DNA of 61,579 bases, counting the filler, from Candidatus Woesearchaeota archaeon CG1_02_57_44 (GTDB taxonomy: Archaea; Nanobdellota; Nanobdellia; Woesearchaeales; CG1-02-57-44): the NCBI GenBank assembly GCA_001871415.1. It is 5 parts of 5 records of this genome, joined end to end, with 100 filler letters (N's around TTAATTAATTAA, not from the genome) between each part and the next. Parts side by side here need not be neighbours in the genome. Positions count along the whole stretch, not along the records: positions 47,560 to 59,389 come from MNWW01000012.1; positions 59,490 to 61,579 come from MNWW01000066.1; 3 more parts are not named here. One strand, written 5' to 3'. The translations under genes and the position numbers were made by a program. Positions 59,143-61,579 of the stretch are shown in pieces (positions within the stretch are counted from its first letter, which is position 1; every line of letters starts with the position of its first letter). The notes below the pieces were generated by a model. That model saw nothing but the letters and a program-made list of their open reading frames with translations, was not told the DNA's origin and searched no databases.

Positions 59143-59275
59143 CAAAAATCCGCCACTCGGCGCTAACCGCGGCCTGAAGGCCGCGGTATTACCGCGCCTC
59201 GTCATTGCAGGCGGATTTTTGAATTGCAAAGCACGTCCTGAAGGACGGGGTATTCAACCCCGTGCTTTGCAATAA
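59136..59275. mobile_element. 140-bp palindromic non-autonomous element, copy 2
   Basis: Near-identical to 47245-47384; fills the uvrC-uvrB gap. Confidence 0.7.
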
Positions 59276-59276
59276 C

Positions 59277-59389
59277 ATGGCAGGACGAAAAGCAATGGCA
59301 GGAAAGGGAAAGAAACAAGAGAAAGATGGTGTTCAGGCAAAGACGATGATGGAATCTGTTGGATTCAAGCTCACGACTGACATGAAGCC
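59277..59389 (+). CDS. uvrB: probable UvrB N-terminus (cut by contig end)
   Basis: Open frame ending GFKLTTDMKP, like the UvrB FKL.S...P.GDQ start; follows uvrA-uvrC. Confidence 0.6.
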
Positions 59390-59489
59390 NNNNNNNNNNN
59401 NNNNNNNNNNNNNNNNNNNNNNNNNNNNNNNNNTTAATTAATTAANNNNNNNNNNNNNNNNNNNNNNNNNNNNNNNNNNNNNNNNNNNN
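59390..59489. other. artificial contig linker
   Basis: N-run with TTAATTAATTAA. Confidence 0.99.
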
Positions 59490-59819
59490 GCCAATGCCAG
59501 CACCATCAAGGCACAGATGATCGTCGAGGTCGCCAATGGCCCCACGACGCATGACGCGGACCTGCTGCTGGAGAAGCAGGGCGTGCTCGTCGTCCCTGAC
59601 ATCATCGCCAATGCGGGCGGCGTCATCGTCAGCTACCTGGAATGGGTGCAGAACAGACAGGGACTCGCCATGACTGCCGAGGAAGTCGACACCCGGCTCA
59701 AACAGACCATCACCGCGTCGCTTGAAGGCCTTGAAGGTCCGAGCATGCGCGTCGCGGCGCTGCGCAAAGCCATATCACGCATCGCGGAGGCTATCTGCCT
59801 CCGGCATGCTTCTGGCTGA
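59490..59819 (+). CDS. gdhA: Glu/Leu/Phe/Val dehydrogenase C-terminus (partial)
   Basis: EVANGPTT, PDIIANAGGVIVSYLEWVQN. Confidence 0.9.
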   Translation, partial: ANASTIKAQMIVEVANGPTTHDADLLLEKQGVLVVPDIIANAGGVIVSYLEWVQNRQGLAMTAEEVDTRLKQTITASLEGLEGPSMRVAALRKAISRIAEAICLRHASG

Positions 59820-60198
59820 GACGGTACGATACAGCCGCCAGCCCAAGGCAGAGCAGGACAGCCACGCTCGGGTTCAGCCATGAATTGTATGGCGAGAGCA
59901 ATGCTGACTGCGCTATGACCCCTGGCGTCGGACGGCTCAGCAACCCACCCACGAGCAAGAGCAGCACGGAAACCATCGCCAGATCCTCGTAGTTGCGATA
60001 CAGATGCTGATGATGACGCGTGAGGCCAAATTGCGCGTTATGACCTGTGGGGCCAAGCAGACTGTCATCCACAGACCTGACGTCATTCTCTGCCGCATGC
60101 TGATCCAGAGTCTGCTTCGCATCCGCAGATACCCTTTTCCCTCGGTTGACTCCTATTTTTCGCCCTTTGCCTGTCCTTGTCTTTGACATCGATACCAC
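59791..60198 (-). CDS. hypothetical membrane protein
   Basis: Basic N-terminus and two C-terminal TM segments. Confidence 0.55.
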   Translation of the reverse strand: MVSMSKTRTGKGRKIGVNRGKRVSADAKQTLDQHAAENDVRSVDDSLLGPTGHNAQFGLTRHHQHLYRNYEDLAMVSVLLLLVGGLLSRPTPGVIAQSALLSPYNSWLNPSVAVLLCLGLAAVSYRLSQKHAGGR

Positions 60199-60231
60199 CT
60201 TGCCCTTTGTCGAGCGTCACATCCGTCCAGA

Positions 60232-61134
60232 TCAGAGCCCCTGCGAGAGCGTGATGATGAAGAACGCCGCGGTCATGAGCACCAAGCTATGTTTGATACC
60301 GCTCTTCAGGTCACCCTCGCTGAGCTTTCCGGTGACGATGCCCGCGAAAAAGCCCTGTATCATGCTCATCATGAGGAATATGCCTTTGAATGACGCGAGC
60401 CACAAGAGCAGGCTCTCCATGAAGCTGAAGAAATCAGTGTACACGATGATCACATCCTGGTTCATGGGAAGCGGCGATGCCTGCACAGCCACTTCAGAAG
60501 CGCCGGTCAGCGCCGATATGGGCGTGTCCTGCACCTGGCCCAGGTAGGGAATCAAGAAGTTCTGGATGACTATCATGGTCAATAGGAAGACAAAGAAGAT
60601 GACATAGCTCTGCACGACCTGGCCGTGGATGCTCGAGCGCCTGGTCTCGCGTATCTTGCGGATCTCCAGGAGACTTTCCGTCACAGACTCGAGCACATCC
60701 TCGATATTGCCGCCTGACTGCTCGGCCTCGATGACGGTCGCGACGGCGCGCTTGATGACGTGACTTCCGGTCTGCTCAGCGAAGCGCTGCAATGCCTGAT
60801 GCAGCGGGATGCTCCATTCCACCTGACGCGCCAGCTTCTTGACGTGTGGTGTGAGCGCGCCATAATCTGTGTTTGCCACATAGATGACCGCCTTTGCCAT
60901 GGGCATGCCCGAGCGCACCGCGCCGACCAGGTGTCTCACAAACTCCGGGAACTTGCTTTCCAACTCACGCTCAAGCTGATTCTTCAGGAAATAATCCAGC
61001 CAGTAAGTAGACCACGCGAGGGAAAGCGCGACCGCGACCAGGGGCGTGAACCAGGGCGTCGCCCAGAAGAACCAGTAGTCCAGGAACAGGGCGCACATGC
61101 CCACTAACACAGATGTCAGATGTTTTCTTGCCAT
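60232..61134 (-). CDS. type II secretion F / TadC-like pilus platform protein
   Basis: LESKFPEFVR, SGMP, YGAL, SGGNIEDVL, GIKH. Confidence 0.9.
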   Translation of the reverse strand: MARKHLTSVLVGMCALFLDYWFFWATPWFTPLVAVALSLAWSTYWLDYFLKNQLERELESKFPEFVRHLVGAVRSGMPMAKAVIYVANTDYGALTPHVKKLARQVEWSIPLHQALQRFAEQTGSHVIKRAVATVIEAEQSGGNIEDVLESVTESLLEIRKIRETRRSSIHGQVVQSYVIFFVFLLTMIVIQNFLIPYLGQVQDTPISALTGASEVAVQASPLPMNQDVIIVYTDFFSFMESLLLWLASFKGIFLMMSMIQGFFAGIVTGKLSEGDLKSGIKHSLVLMTAAFFIITLSQGL

Positions 61135-61272
61135 GGTGCGATTATCGTCATTGAAGGTTACTATCCAATACGTCCTGTCCCAGAGTTCCTGTCTTTTCGT
61201 GGGACGTGTTCTCTGCTTGTTCACATGATTTCTGTTTCTTGTTTACTGGCGCAAGCACATGCGCGACACCAG

Positions 61273-61579
61273 TCACATGTCCGGCTGTGTCGCCTCCACA
61301 AACACCAGGAACAGGACATTGAGCGCCGGGATGCCGATGTAGGTCACGACGACCATGAGGGTGGAGACATCCATGCCTCCCAGTTTGCCGCCCAGCATAT
61401 TGACCAGCGACATGGTAATGATGAAGAAGAGCGGGGCAGCTATCAGGATGCCGGTGTAGATATCGGAATAGGTGCTGATGACCTCCACATAGCGCTGGCG
61501 CTCCAGGCGGTAGGACAACATGATCTCCTGGGATTTCTGATGAAGATATTCAGGGAGGTCAGCACCCGCCTCGACCGTG
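61273..61579 (-). CDS. type II secretion F / TadB-like protein, C-terminal part
   Basis: GADLPEYL...YSDIYTGILIAAPLFF...YIGIP; runs off the window. Confidence 0.8.
   Translation of the reverse strand, partial: TVEAGADLPEYLHQKSQEIMLSYRLERQRYVEVISTYSDIYTGILIAAPLFFIITMSLVNMLGGKLGGMDVSTLMVVVTYIGIPALNVLFLVFVEATQPDM

Noticed and set aside
6784..60547. Many long antisense or alternate-frame ORFs over core genes
   Set aside because: Expected shadow ORFs in GC-rich coding DNA; no motifs or start signals

Overview
Archaeal metagenome-type DNA, most likely a DPANN/Nanobdellota (Woesearchaeota-like) genome. This is inferred from aEF-2/aEF-1a, eL15, eS8, class I LysRS, the exosome/proteasome operon, a histone, CCA-less tRNAs and many ORFans. 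The window is five contigs joined by 100-nt N-TTAATTAATTAA-N linkers (28596-28695, 41059-41158, 47460-47559, 59390-59489), so gene adjacency across linkers means nothing. Contig 1 is mostly translation and RNA-processing core genes. Contig 2 has GT4/PIG-L genes, a diadenylate cyclase and a Cys/His/Met-rich membrane operon. Contig 3 has tRNAs, purB/purC, GST and cytochrome b5. Contig 4 has gshA-gshB, an ABC transporter and uvrA-uvrC-(uvrB). Contig 5 has a gdh fragment and pilus platform genes. The most unusual signal is non-coding. An intact tRNA-Val(TAC) lies nested inside the first of two intervening sequences of a second, fully reconstructable tRNA-Val. In addition, a ~96-bp tRNA-linked unit regenerates the last 13 nt of a tRNA at three loci (Val, Ala, Gly-like), and a related 7-bp hairpin recurs at all three. 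Other notable items: a complete glutathione pathway in an archaeon, a 140-bp IS200/IS605-like palindromic element in two copies, structured leaders on rpl15e/fusA/rps10, twin ArsR operator palindromes and a catalytically dead EndoV-like protein. All protein calls come from motif recognition by eye; no database search was run.
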